Source: Paecilomyces variotii (lineage: Eukaryota). From it: a stretch of DNA of 64,000 bases. Shown here piece by piece: positions 1 through 12,120 of the stretch (positions are counted from its first letter, which is position 1; every line of letters begins with the position of its first letter). Made by a program: the position numbers and the translations under genes. Location of the stretch: assembly GCA_004022145.1 (NCBI GenBank), contig RCNU01000001.1, one strand, 5' to 3'. The notes beneath the pieces are model-generated. The model ran no database searches. It was not told the DNA's origin and worked only from the letters and a program-made list of their open reading frames with translations.

Positions 1-699
1 TGATGAGAAGTGAGACGGCTGGACGGCTAGAGCTAGATGGAGCGCGAATGCTGAAGGTTAAGCAGCCGCACTAATATTATCAGGGTTATATCGAGGTCGT
101 TCACACTCCTCGCGGTGCGAGGTACCTAATGTTGGGTATACAATGGTGGTAGAGTGTCAAAACTGGTGACATAGAAGTGCTGCTGGATGTAACTTCTCAT
201 GACTTGAGAACACTGGTTACATGCAAACATGATTCATATAATGGGAATACCCAGTATAGATAACTTTTTACCCTTTCTGGCGATATCAAGAAGGTTGAAA
301 TCCGTCGAAAACCAATCGATCTATATCGAAACACTATCTTGAAACAGACCCCTCGAGATACTAGCTACAAAATCCCAGACTTACTTACCAAACACAAACA
401 TTTTAGTTCACTTTTATCCTATGGGGACAAGAATGAATACTCTATTACCAGCTTTCTATCAGTGTAATATATTAGTTGGGGGTAGACATCGTTCATACAA
501 AACTGATCAATGGTTCCGGACCAAAATCTTCGCCCCACCTCAAAAAAGTAATCTCCGCAGCGATAAAATTATCACTTCTCCAAAACAAGCTCACTCAGCA
601 AAACCTCCTTACGAGCAGCCTACACGCTCCTTCGTACAAACGGACAGCAGAGTTGTCCCCATATCAAAAAAAGAGTTCCGTACAAAGCCCCAGTCGACA

Positions 700-1467
700 A
701 TGCCCGCATCGCCATCTAGCTCCACGCATTCCCCCACGGATGGCGACTCTGCCCCGCCATCTCCAACGACGACGATGACATCCGCGCAATCCGACGCAGA
801 AACAGCGACGCAGGAGCATATTGTGCCTGATAACTCGCTAGACGATATTTTCGGTTCCTCGCCGCCCGGGGAAAGTCATGGTAGTGATGCACGACAGCAA
901 AACAATACAACAGAATCGACGACTGCTGCTGAACCATCTGATCTGCCCTCGCTCCGTCGTCAGCATGTTACTGCCGGGTATCGCGATGGGGTATCCGCTG
1001 CAAAGGGGCAATTTGTTCAGGATGGGTTCGATGCTGGGTTTCCTGTGGGAGCGCAGTTAGGTATGAGGGTAGGAACGGTGTTGGGGATACTCGAAGGGGT
1101 GCTGCGAGGATTAGAGACGCGCGCGTCGTCGTCTGGACCGGTGAAGAAGCCTGCACGCAGCAGCGCTGGGAAACAGGTCTCTGAGGAAAGTGAAGAAGAG
1201 AAAGAGGCGCGCAAGAAGAAGATAGAGCAGGCTAAGAGGATCTACATGACTGCAGTCAAGGAACTCAGCGTGCAGGCTGTCTTTGGAGGACTCCAGGCAG
1301 ATGAAGGCCGAGAAGGAGGTGAGAAGGAGAAGCCAGAGACCCGACTTGCAAAGAAAGGTGACTCGGTTGTTTCGAAGTGGGAGAAGAGAGTCATGGTCCC
1401 GAATTGGGAGGAAAATCTCGAGTCTCTGGAGATGGAGGAAGAAGAGGTCCGCGGAGAGCAGAGTTGA
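700..1467 (+). CDS. YAE1: Protein Yae1 (Fe-S cluster insertion adaptor for Rli1, Yae1_N domain)
   Basis: The GX3-repeat motif [37 protein letters not shown] matches Yae1. The start is taken at ATG 700 (ACAATGC context) rather than 421. Single exon. Confidence 0.85.
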   Translation: MPASPSSSTHSPTDGDSAPPSPTTTMTSAQSDAETATQEHIVPDNSLDDIFGSSPPGESHGSDARQQNNTTESTTAAEPSDLPSLRRQHVTAGYRDGVSAAKGQFVQDGFDAGFPVGAQLGMRVGTVLGILEGVLRGLETRASSSGPVKKPARSSAGKQVSEESEEEKEARKKKIEQAKRIYMTAVKELSVQAVFGGLQADEGREGGEKEKPETRLAKKGDSVVSKWEKRVMVPNWEENLESLEMEEEEVRGEQS

Positions 1468-3854
1468 ACTACTGAAACCGGGGTTCCTGTTCTACAACTT
1501 GCATCGACACCACACCGGTTCTCTGACTCAGAGAAACGCCGAGTCATTCATCTGCGTCTGCGGAATCAGAATTCGCAACAGTCCACATCGATCCAAATTG
1601 CGGTGTTTACGTATCTCGATATCTCACCGCACTCGCAAGGAGCGATTCGTGCGGCAGTATGGCAGCTGCTTACAAAGGAAAGAAGAAAACTCGTTCACCG
1701 TTCATCGGATCACCTCCGAAGGATTGTCTGGACTCCTCACGGTTACAGCGTGCAGCTGCGGCCAGATTCAGTTCACTGTCTATCACATTCCTCGGGAAAA
1801 ACCAGCCACAGACGACCCTGCGTCTATGAGCCTCAGCGCCACGAGGTCCAGAGAAGAAAAAAGCAATGATTCTGCAGGATAGCGATGAACGATAAACCTG
1901 TGCGTCCGGCGCCGCATCGTACATGTACATACATACCTGTGCCTCTGCAGGAACTAGTCTCCAATAATCCGCGTCTGCAGAGACTCCTACGTACGGGGCA
2001 CCGCGGGGAGGCGGGAAGAAGGCCCGTTCCCGACCTCCGCATCCGCTCTACTCACCAGAAAAAGAAATAACCAACAAGCAAGTAAATAAAAACCAAGGCG
2101 GGCCTGCAGCAAGCTCCGCTAACTATCCAACGCCTCATCCTGGAGCTATTCTCCATTTAGGCTCAGGGCGACAGTTCCAAGGTTTCTGGAGAAAACGGAG
2201 AAGGGAAAAAGAAAAGTAAAGCGTCCCGATCAGACGGTGGCCCTCGGCTCGACTAAACCAGATCTTGCATGAAATAATGAAACATATGCATGCAATCCAT
2301 TTCAATCTCGTTTCTTTTCCCTTCTCCCACCGCTCTTGCAGGCTCTGTGAGTAAAAAAAAGAAAAGAAAAAGAAAAAAGAAAAAACAGGGAAAACTACAG
2401 AACCGGCAACAGTAACACTTCTCATCCCAGACAGAAGAGCACATCCGATGTAGACTAAATGCATGCAAGTAATTTAAATCAGCAATGTGGACTGGCTTTG
2501 TTTACACCGTTATTTTACTTCTTCAGCCTCGGCTTCAACCTGCATTCTACCCGACCCTAACCTAAAGGTACATGTACCTTTCTCGCAGCACAGCGAGCTT
2601 CCGTCTCGGACATGAAACATGCAAGAGAACTGCAGCTATTAGTTACATCAAGCTCCTGCTGATCATGGAAGGAGCAGAATCGTATCCTACGTAAGGGTCT
2701 ACATATGAAATGAAATCGGGTTTCTAGCAGAAACCGTTAATTTTCTGTTTTTTTTTTTTTTTCTTTTCTTTTCTGAGATTGACCCCAGAAAGAAAGTAAA
2801 GCTCGTGTCAAATTATAGGCGGGTCTAAAAAGCACATAACTGCTAACGCGGAACGGACCGTGATTGTGAAATATGGGAAATTACATTATACCACCCCAAG
2901 TGATTAGAAATATCTAGCGTCTTGCGTAGTAAGGGTTTCTCTTCTCTTCCCTTCCCTTCTCGCCAGTGCCAATGCCCTGTAACTAAACGATGTGAATCAG
3001 GGAACCGTGGACCTTGCATCCTAGTGGCTCAATGCAGTGCTTGATCTAGATAGAAAAACATACAAGGTAAACAATCTAAAATGAACGTAGCTAATTCTTT
3101 TAAATGATTAATTTGATTTGTATTTCTGATTTCGCTAAGCAGCGTACAGGGGCCTGTTTGGCTATCTTCAGATGTGATATTTGTCCAGGTCCGGTCCCGT
3201 CGCCGGAGGCACCGTGGGACCAATCTAACCGCCGATCCTCTAGACTATGCCACACCTTCGCTTTTCTCTATCCATGTATCCAGTAAGAGAGGTTCAAAAC
3301 AAGGAGAAAATGAGACCGGACTTCTGCGCCTTTCCAAAAGAGGTCAAAATAGGAAATGAGATCTGAGTTACGAAAGATTGTATCGTCAGAGATAAGAATA
3401 GACAAAACGACAGAAGACAAGGAAGGAAATAATGAAAGTTGACAGCATGTTAACTGCAATAGCGGAAATGATAAGAGAGAGTATAATAAAAGACCGAGAG
3501 AGAGTGAGTGAGAGAGAGAGATTAGGAGACCGAAAATTGTGAAATGGTCTTCTCAGCGTCGACTTCATCAAATGGTTCGTACGTGTCATCGTTTATAGCG
3601 CCGAGTCGAATGCACCATTACGGCTTCACTTGTGGACAGATGGGCTTCCACATCGCTGCCATCAAAGGTGGTCCGATTCATCCTTCATTCATAGTCATTT
3701 GACTGGTGACATTATTCGTTGCGCATGGAATATCGAAAAAGATTGATTAGAGAAAGAACTGATCGTAAGGAAAGACGTTGTGGCTGAACATAAAAAGGAT
3801 GCGAGAGTATGCATCCGTTTGCGATAATCGAGTGAGGTCGTCAGTCGAAGATAC

Positions 3855-5597
3855 TTATCGTCTGAATGTCTTTTCATAGCAGTCCTCCTCGTGGACGTGA
3901 TGGCAGCTCAGAGCACGGAATGACCGGCAAAGGCGTCTCAACAATCCGGGACGACTCAATGACAACGCGGCATTGAGATCAATTGTGGACTGGGATTCCA
4001 GACATTTGCCGTAAATGGCCTCGTGTGTAGGGAAATGACGACGCTGTTCGCTTTCTAGCCTATGCGGACGATGCGTGTGCATAGCCGCTACAGTAGACAT
4101 TTTCTCATTTCCGTTGCTCTCCTGGCCGGTACCCCGAGAAGAAGAAGGGCGAGGAAGTGATGTAGTAGAGGGCGCAACAAGACGAAGCGTGTGTTCAACT
4201 GATCCACGTACAGGCTCTGGTGTCCAGTTCTGGTTGGTAGCCGTTTTCACTTCCGGGAACTGTTGATATGTGGGAGTCGGCATTGGAGGCACTTCCTCCG
4301 AGGACCGCTCAGACTCATGTCCACTATTCTCTTCACCATCAAGCTTCGTCGTCGATTTGGTTACTTTGAGTTGAACACGACTTCGGACTTTGCGCAGGGT
4401 GTCAATGGGCCTTCTGCGCGAGAGTGACTTCGGCCCTATGGATTCAGAATCCGAGTCTGATTCCCATACAGACTGTTCGCAATGGGCCTCTGATGTCGAT
4501 GTAGATGGTCGAGCCCTAGTAGAGTGTCCAGTCACTTGACGAGTGATTGGAGGCGAACAAGCTACGGGGCTCGGGACTGGACTGGGACACTCGTTTGCTG
4601 GAATGAACAGTGCTTGATCATAGGGCGTGGCGTGTGGTTCCATCGTGACAGGATCTATCAAGCAGGGTGGAGATATAAGGGCGGGATCTATCTGCGTCTT
4701 CAAACATGGGCTGTGGGCCTTCTTGGTCGCATGCTGACCATTAGAGTCCCTCGATAAGTTTGGCAGTGATGGCAGTGGCTTTGAGCGAAGCGAAGAGGCG
4801 GAAGGCGCCCCGGGGTTAGTGAAATGCATAATGAGAGTATCTGAGGAGTCGTTGTAAGGAAAGTCGTAAGGGGTGATGGTTCCAGTAGGCGTCGAGGGTT
4901 CCGTGGCAGCGTAGGAATCAACGTTATCGCCTGTGGAGGAGCGGTCAGGGCTGATATACAAATATGGTGGCTCGGAAACGGTTCGTTCTGCCCGGTTAGT
5001 GTGCAGGCAAAGCTGTTTGGTCGCGTTCAACACGGCTTCTGGGCAGTTTGAAACCGAATAGTTCGATGAAAATGAACTACTTGGAGTCAGGTCCGGTATA
5101 TTTCCGCTCGCATCGGACTGTACCGAGCTGAAAGAATGTTGTCCGTAGTGGTGATAAGGAAATTGGTGAGAGGTTGTGCAAGGATAACGAGAGTGTTCAA
5201 AACTGGAGTGTGTTCCCAGTTCCGGAGTTTGATATGCTAGAGCAGGCAATCGCTCTTGACTGTTGCCAAACGAAGGGAATGGTGCGGTGTCCAGATTCAA
5301 GTCCGAGGACATGAACTTCCCATTCTGGCACAGTTCGCTGCCAGCATCACGACTTTCCTTCTCTTGTGATTCCCAAGACGTGACGTTCTCCAGTGAACGC
5401 TCCAGATAGAAAGGATCAAGGTTGGGGTCTTCGATAGTCGTAGGATGTCTCGGGGGGTTCCCAAGATCAGTCGATCCGGTGTTCCTCGATCCGGGATGGA
5501 AGAGAGGCAGTGGCTGGTCTTCTTTTGTCTGTGTCCGCCTCCGCGGTCTTCCTGAATTGTCCAAAGTGCTTGGGAAGGGAGAGTATCCGCCAGCCAT
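3855..5597 (-). CDS. Hypothetical S/P/T-rich disordered protein (about 580 aa)
   Basis: Long uninterrupted ORF with first ATG at 5597 (MAGGYSPF...). It contains an EQSVWESDSD motif but no recognisable domain. Confidence 0.75.
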   Translation of the reverse strand: MAGGYSPFPSTLDNSGRPRRRTQTKEDQPLPLFHPGSRNTGSTDLGNPPRHPTTIEDPNLDPFYLERSLENVTSWESQEKESRDAGSELCQNGKFMSSDLNLDTAPFPSFGNSQERLPALAYQTPELGTHSSFEHSRYPCTTSHQFPYHHYGQHSFSSVQSDASGNIPDLTPSSSFSSNYSVSNCPEAVLNATKQLCLHTNRAERTVSEPPYLYISPDRSSTGDNVDSYAATEPSTPTGTITPYDFPYNDSSDTLIMHFTNPGAPSASSLRSKPLPSLPNLSRDSNGQHATKKAHSPCLKTQIDPALISPPCLIDPVTMEPHATPYDQALFIPANECPSPVPSPVACSPPITRQVTGHSTRARPSTSTSEAHCEQSVWESDSDSESIGPKSLSRRRPIDTLRKVRSRVQLKVTKSTTKLDGEENSGHESERSSEEVPPMPTPTYQQFPEVKTATNQNWTPEPVRGSVEHTLRLVAPSTTSLPRPSSSRGTGQESNGNEKMSTVAAMHTHRPHRLESEQRRHFPTHEAIYGKCLESQSTIDLNAALSLSRPGLLRRLCRSFRALSCHHVHEEDCYEKTFRR

Positions 5598-8500
5598 GAG
5601 CTCGGATTCCAATGGACACAAAAATGTCAACACACGATACGGGAGGTATCCGGAAAGCACATCAAAGCTGTAGTGTGAGACGCGTGGGTCGCCAGCTCTC
5701 AAGCGAAGAATGGGCTCTGGAATTGGGACGAGGAACGCTATTGCCAGGGTGGATGGAGATGTTTATACACAGAGTACCCGACCAGAAAAAAAGTAGGTCG
5801 AGACTATGAAACAGGAAAGGGAGCAGCCAGTGAGCTGGTGGCTGACGGGCGGCCAGATGCATGCCGATGCATAAAAAGAGTGTAAACAGAGATCCACCGC
5901 GAAAGCGCACAGACGGTAAGGGCTTATTAGACCTTACATTAGGTCCCATCCCTATTGACGGGGATGGGAACAGGGGAGCCGACCCTTTGGGTCGGAGCAA
6001 GGAGTACTCCGGATGTCAATCCGGAGCGCCTCTTTTGGCCAGTAGGACGACTGCGGGGAATAGACGATACCAAAACAGATCAATATTGACAGCTGTTGCA
6101 TGGACAACAATTGAGACATCAGAGCCGATTAAACGCCGAGTCCTAAGTGATTTGTAGCAGTGGCCAATTTTCGATCTTGAAAGTTATACAGACCGGACCA
6201 GATACTGTGAATCACCAGGAACTCTTTTTGAAGCTCAGAAAACGCGCCCTGAACACCTAATTAGCATGACCAAGTCAGAAGCAGAGAAGAAAAGAATCGG
6301 ATGGCTGTGCAGAGAGATCTGTGGCTCGATCGTGGCTCTCGAGTACCATATCCATTGTCAGAATGTGATATACGAATCGAATGCCAGGACGCGTTGCGTT
6401 ATACAGACGGGAGATGTTCCCGATCACCCACTAATGCTGGCAGACATCTTGCTGGGTCAGAACTGCCGATCTCTCGATGACTGCTCGGAACGAGCGACCA
6501 TTTGACATAAGCAGACTGTAGAGTAACATTTGAGCATTCAGCAAGTCACTATGGTTGCCGTGCACTTGAACCCGCATTCCAACCATTGTTATCACAAAGT
6601 AGATGTACACCAAAGCAGACGGCTTCTTTTTCATGGTTTTTCTTCCGTTCAGTAAAATTCCACACAGCTTCGACAGCAGGTACTTGGCGGACCCGAGTCG
6701 CTTCGTTTCGCTGCTGTGAGAAGACCGTAGACTCGGGTCTTGGTTGTTGACTTGACATGTCGACTCCGGATGTGGAGACGGCAAAGCAAGGCGTTTCCAG
6801 CGGCGACTACCAACACCAATTGGCGGGCGGTACCTGCACGGCGTTTCTGCTCCCCCGCTGCAGTAGGCTGGTTAATCTACATGGAGAACGAGTCAGGACA
6901 GGAGAGCAAGAGAGCAGACTGGAGGAGTTAGGCTGCTGGATCAGAAGCCAGGATGTCGCAGTCCCAAAATGGTAACTATGTGGGTGCAGAAAAGAGAATA
7001 ATCGTTCTTCAAACGGATCTCATTAATAGTCAAGTGTAAACGCCTCAATCGGAATCGATCCTATCCTCGCGAATGGGCCAGCTGTACTCTAGGGAGCGCC
7101 AGTTTTGGCGAGACGTGGAGCCCGTTGCTGGTTAAAATAGTATGTGATCCTTGTTCGTCGCAGAGTCGCTCTCCAGATCAGATCTGACATGTCCTCAGAA
7201 CCCAGCACTGCGGGACGCAAAATCCCCGTTCCCAAGAGTCTGAAACCTCGAATTTGAGATACTATACTGGGACTGCCCACGATGCTCGCTCAGTCTAGAC
7301 CAGCGACGAGGCTCCAGCTAATCATCATTGGCAGCCGTGCTTGCAGAGTCATCAAACGCGACCATGCAGTCACGACTCAATCTGCTTTGAATCAGGGGGT
7401 ATTATGCGTACATCAAGATCTGCCCTGCTCTAGCATATACGAGCGGGTCGGTAAGAATATCAGAAGCAAACGAGACCGCCGATGTGTGATGTCCATCAAA
7501 CGGGTGAGGTGATGAAGATTCAAGAGAATAGGTAATAATGTTCCCCCGTTCCCTGCGGAAGCTCCAAAGTCCCTGTTTTGGACCCTGCGGGCCACCACTT
7601 AAGGCGCTAGGGCTTAGGGCTCCCGAGCTGTCAGGTAAGAGAACCCCGGGGGCTTCAAGCTGCTATAGTAACGTAGTTATTATTCCAAATCATAGAAATA
7701 GGAAAGACCTGTGAAAGATAGGGGCTCAAATGTCTCGTTACGAAGCCAGCTGTGGACAGTGATGGGGCCTGAAGAGAGTTGTCAGAGAGCAGGTGGCAGA
7801 CAACGTCTAGTGAGCAAAGACCAGCCATCTTCCGCTAGTACTCACCCCCTTGAACTTTGACGATGTCAAAACGAAGGTGTAAAGCTAGGTTTCTGACTTA
7901 ATGCTCAAGGGAAGACTGGGGTATCTACCATCGTCCTAAGTATGGATGGGGTAGATACATACGGGCATCCTCTTTTATGGTGGCCCCTGGACGTTCTCAA
8001 ACCGAAGGGATGAGTTACTATTTATCTCTGGCTCACCTTTTGAACGTGTATGAGGTCGAACGTGGCATGACAACGTGAGTTAGAGTATACACGGCCCGTT
8101 GAGAGGGATATACTGTACTTCAAGGGTTACCGCTAGGCCTTCTACCCCTCCAAGGGTCGATGCGCATCCTTGAAATAAGGGGACCGTGTGCGAGAGACAC
8201 CCTTCCAAGGAAACAACTATGAGGGACAATATTGATGGCCCTTTAGAGTCTATCTGATCAGGGAGGGTTGCAGTCGAAAAGGGCTCCGTTTTTACTACCA
8301 GTCTAGCTTTCCTGGGAACGATGTATTTAGTGGCATCGTAGGTGGCAGCCTTGAGCCATGGTGCTCGTTGTCATCTCTGGGACTTGGTCTCTTGCTTCAC
8401 ATCTGCCATTCTAATTGTATAGATCATGATGATTAGACTCGTTGCGCGCTAGCAATTGGAATATCCTTTATGGGTGATGTGTTGTTTGGGGGAAAAAGAT

Positions 8501-10593
8501 ATATTGTTGGTATCGTATCCGTCGGGGTATATACCTAGGTATATGGAAGCAATAAGGGTGCTTCCACGATTATACTAAAAAATTGCCGAACAGTTAATCG
8601 CCAACTGAGTTTTCTCTAAGGATTCTCAATTTGACTATATTTTCGCTTTTAGTGGTTTATTCATCAAGCCGTCGATTGACCCGTGAAGGCTATTCCTAAA
8701 TATATATATATAATCTCAGCAGTCTGTGGTCAATCGTCATGAATAATATCTGCCCCTCCCCCACATTACAGAACAAACTAGTCTCTCTGCGGCCATCTCA
8801 CTATACGAGGATTCCTTATCTAGCTGCCCATCGTCATCTATATTCCCAGACAGAATCAGTGGCTGAGCGCGCAACGACCACCTGATGCGGACCACGTGAC
8901 AGCAGCGAGATGCAAGAGATTACAAAACGTGGCCGACATGACTGACAGTGTCGAGGACGCAATCGACGAAAACAACTCAAGAATCAAGAAGACTCGAGAG
9001 GAGAGCGATTATTCCGTCAGTTATAAGCACCGAATAGCCGCGCAAACCGCGTGGCTAGAAAAAAGAGAACGTTAAAGGGGGGGTTCCTGACAAGAAAGCA
9101 CCCGTGCTGAGACAGCGAATAATCGAAGAAAAATCAGGGTCGTACTAGTGGGAGGATGAGGGGATTGTGGTGATTCAAAATGGCACCAATAACCACGCCC
9201 CTCCGAGAAACATTTCCAGAATGGGAAATATAGAGGCCCGGCCGAATGCAGAATGTGGGATAATTTTTCATATGAAGCAAATAGAAGACCTAAAGAATAA
9301 ACAAACAAACAGTAGACTAAATAATAATAAGCAATTACGGTCGCTTAATGTCGAAAGAGGCTCAACACGTTCTCCTACCCCTGATATTTCTAAGGGTCCC
9401 ACTTATGAATTTTAGTGATTGGCCTCTTCACGGATAGTTACTCTAGCTTAATCTACAACAAGCCTTAATTTATGAGATCCGGCGAGGAAATCCGTGATAA
9501 CTAATGATTAGAGACAGGTTATTTATAACACTCGCAACGGCCTTGAAGCTTGGAACTTGTCAAGATCGATAATCTCTGAGAAGAACACACAGAGCGCAAC
9601 AAGCTGCTGGCCGAATTGGTTCGTATGGATATCGCAACAAGCTAATGATCAATTTAGGATTGGAAGTTAAACGCACAGATCCTGCATTAAATCCAGGGGT
9701 TCAATTCCTCAAAAGAGCGCGACATCCTTTCTCCCTGATTCAAACAGCATCGACGGGCCCCCGATAATTTCGAGAACAGCACACATTGACCATGCTCGTG
9801 GCCCCAAATGGTTCAGTTTTGTTGTCGACTAGATGAAAATGGTTAGGATAGAGGGGCTACACACTGTATCATTGGGCAGTTCGGTTCCTGACATCACAGG
9901 TCTTGACAGCGCTTGTTCACCATCCTTGAACCAGAAAGGTTCGTGTGTCAAAACTGCTTCTTGAACACCCCGTACGCGATAGTTAGCCGCCCGTCCTAAA
10001 AATATAGTCTACAATTTGGAGTCGAGGCCAGTCGAATCTGATTGTAACAGGAGACGCTAGATAATTTTTCTTGGCTTTCCTGGCCAGTTAGATCTCCGGA
10101 TCTGTAGTTTCTTTCTCCGCAACCAACTCCTTTTGGTATATGTCTTCCTTCCAAGATCCGCGAACTCCTTTTAGGCATTTTCAGGTTTCGTACCATAGAG
10201 CCGTCCTAATGTAGTGGTTGATTATAATTAACTGTTCGATTCTGTCTCCTTTTCTTCTTTTTGTTCATCCCACTCGTTATCTGTTGACTTAGACGTCCTT
10301 TCTTTCCTTTCTTTCCCTCTATTCTGTCGTTCACAGGAGACATGTACGATCATTAAAGCGAATAAAGGAGTTATCTCGATTGTATCTATCTTTCAGATCA
10401 CAGAGATACTCTGTCGCTATCACACTCATTACGCACAAATAAACCGCAGAGACGCTTTTCGCTCTAGGTTTGATTCCCTCCTATGAACATGATCTTTGTC
10501 ACCCGACTAACTTCTCACAGCGCTACACACTCGTTTCAAACCATTCAATCACGTTTCGAATTTCTTAATAAATAATCCTTCAACCCTCCCAAA

Positions 10594-10860
10594 ATGGCTC
10601 TCAGTCAAAATGCCGTCATTATACTCGTTATCTGCGGAGCGATCGGCTTGACTCTCATCATAGGCAGTGTCTTCGGCATGTTCTCCGCCAACGACGACGG
10701 GAACGGTAGCTTTCCGACTCCCGGGAAAGACCAGCTCGACTACATGGCACAGCTGAGATATAGACACTTAACTGCGCTGGAGGCTGGAGAACGAGTATCA
10801 CCACATCGGGGGAAGCCGAATGGGAATCGAGACCTCGATGAAAGTACCATGATGGGGTGA
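10594..10860 (+). CDS. Small (88 aa) protein with one N-terminal transmembrane helix
   Basis: Strong Kozak context CAAAATGGCT. Hydrophobic stretch AVIILVICGAIGLTLIIGSVF is followed by a DQLDYMAQLRYR helix. Confidence 0.65.
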   Translation: MALSQNAVIILVICGAIGLTLIIGSVFGMFSANDDGNGSFPTPGKDQLDYMAQLRYRHLTALEAGERVSPHRGKPNGNRDLDESTMMG

Positions 10861-11380
10861 TCCTATTGGGTACAAAGTCTGAAGAATAGTTTTCTTGCGT
10901 TCTGGATTCTTTGGGTTTCCTTTTTTTTTTCCAATAAAATGGGTGGTCGAATATCCTGGGCGTCATACGCGAATGCGAGGCTCGATACGATCTTTTTGGA
11001 CATGGAGTAACTTTCATTTTCAACATCGCGCGCTTATATTTTTAGTATTTATTGTCATTGCTAGAGGGCATGGGTTGACGGGTATTGTCAGGTGTTCTTC
11101 ATATATACCCATAATCGAAGTTCAGTTGACAAAAAAAAAGAGAAAACAATTATGATGTGCTGGTCATCGTATGCCAGGATAGAGAACACAGCTCAAGTGT
11201 ATGGTGTCGTGAAAACGAAGAGATAGCTGTCAGTGAGCGCAGTCGGAGAGAGAGAGGCTATCTGTATGGGAAACCAGCTACAGAACATGAGCAGGCCGAA
11301 AGAGGAAGGTAGTCACTTGACTCCTGCTCAACATGTTGACTGCGCGTGCTATATAATTCTATCTGCGTTCTCAATGTAAT

Positions 11381-12120
11381 TCAGGCGGATATAAAAGAAA
11401 CGCCACTGGCAATGTTCGTCTTAAGGTCACTTAGATCAACCTCAAGCAGTTTCGTCTCATTTTCTGACTAGTCACCAATAGGGAACACTTTTTGATGGCC
11501 CCGGTTTCTCCCAATTCAGTCTTGACAGTATGCTGAGCTTGGCTATATAGAGAGAGAATGGTGGCTCTGCTGTGGCCGCCAATAACCGGGACCAACTCCC
11601 ACCGAGAGCTTGCGCAACGCATGTAGAGGCACGCACAACGTCGAGGCTCATAACACCACGTGGGGTCTAATACACCAGCCTTCTTCATAGCCTCGGCCGC
11701 AACGGGGATGGTCGAGTTAACGGGATTGGTCACCACGCAAGAGGTCGCATTAGGGCAAGTCGCAGCAACTTCGGAGATGTCACGGATGATGCTGGCGTTA
11801 GTCTGGGGGAAAATTGGCATATCACAGCGTTGTCTATATGTGGCGCACATTCTAAGTGCGCTGCAATAGGCCACGATGCTTTAAAAAGATCTAGAAACTA
11901 AGTACTGTCACAGATGTGGCCTAAGGTTTCTGCCCTACAAGGCCAATCGCGTCTGTCACCCTCCACCTCTCGTCATACCGGGCTTGCGGGTGATACCAGC
12001 AGTCACGACAATGATTTCTGCGCCACCAAGAGATTTCTCAAGACCACCATTATCAGGGAGATGGCCGCTGACCTTAGCCTTGGTGTTGATGTTCATCAGA
12101 TCAGTTTCAATGCCCGCAAA
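11381..12120 (-). pseudogene. Malate dehydrogenase pseudogene (unprocessed, truncated)
   Basis: Minus-strand fragments read DLMNINTKAKVSGHLPDNGGLEKSLGGAEIIVVTAGITRKPGMTR / DLFK / TNASIIRDI..VVTNPVNSTIPVAAEAMKKAGVLDP / VPVIGGHSRATILSLYSQ / PIGD*SENETKLLEVDLSDLKTNIASGVSFISA*. There are frameshifts and an in-frame TAG. The GGDEVVKAK..SATLSMA region and the N-terminal GxxGxxG are not visible. Confidence 0.88.

Noticed and set aside
421..699. 93-aa N-terminal extension of YAE1 from ATG 421
   Set aside because: It is AT-rich promoter/UTR-like sequence with poor context, while ATG 700 has a good Kozak context and gives the expected protein size.
2551..2566. ACCCTAACC telomere-like or telomerase-template-like sequence
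   Set aside because: It is a single short match expected by chance, with no supporting telomerase RNA structure identified.
1283..3700. Short ORFs and A/T or AG tracts between YAE1 and the convergent gene
   Set aside because: These are low-complexity UTR or intergenic sequence with no coding signature.
7650..8410. Minus-strand stretch with intron-like signals, partial open frames and a small hairpin at 7921-7958
   Set aside because: It could be another gene relic, but I found no recognisable motif or consistent frame.
9601..9720. tRNA-like A box (TGGCCGAATTGG) and B box (GGTTCAATTCC)
   Set aside because: The acceptor and D stems do not pair, so no cloverleaf forms. At most it is a degenerate remnant, which tRNAscan-SE would settle.
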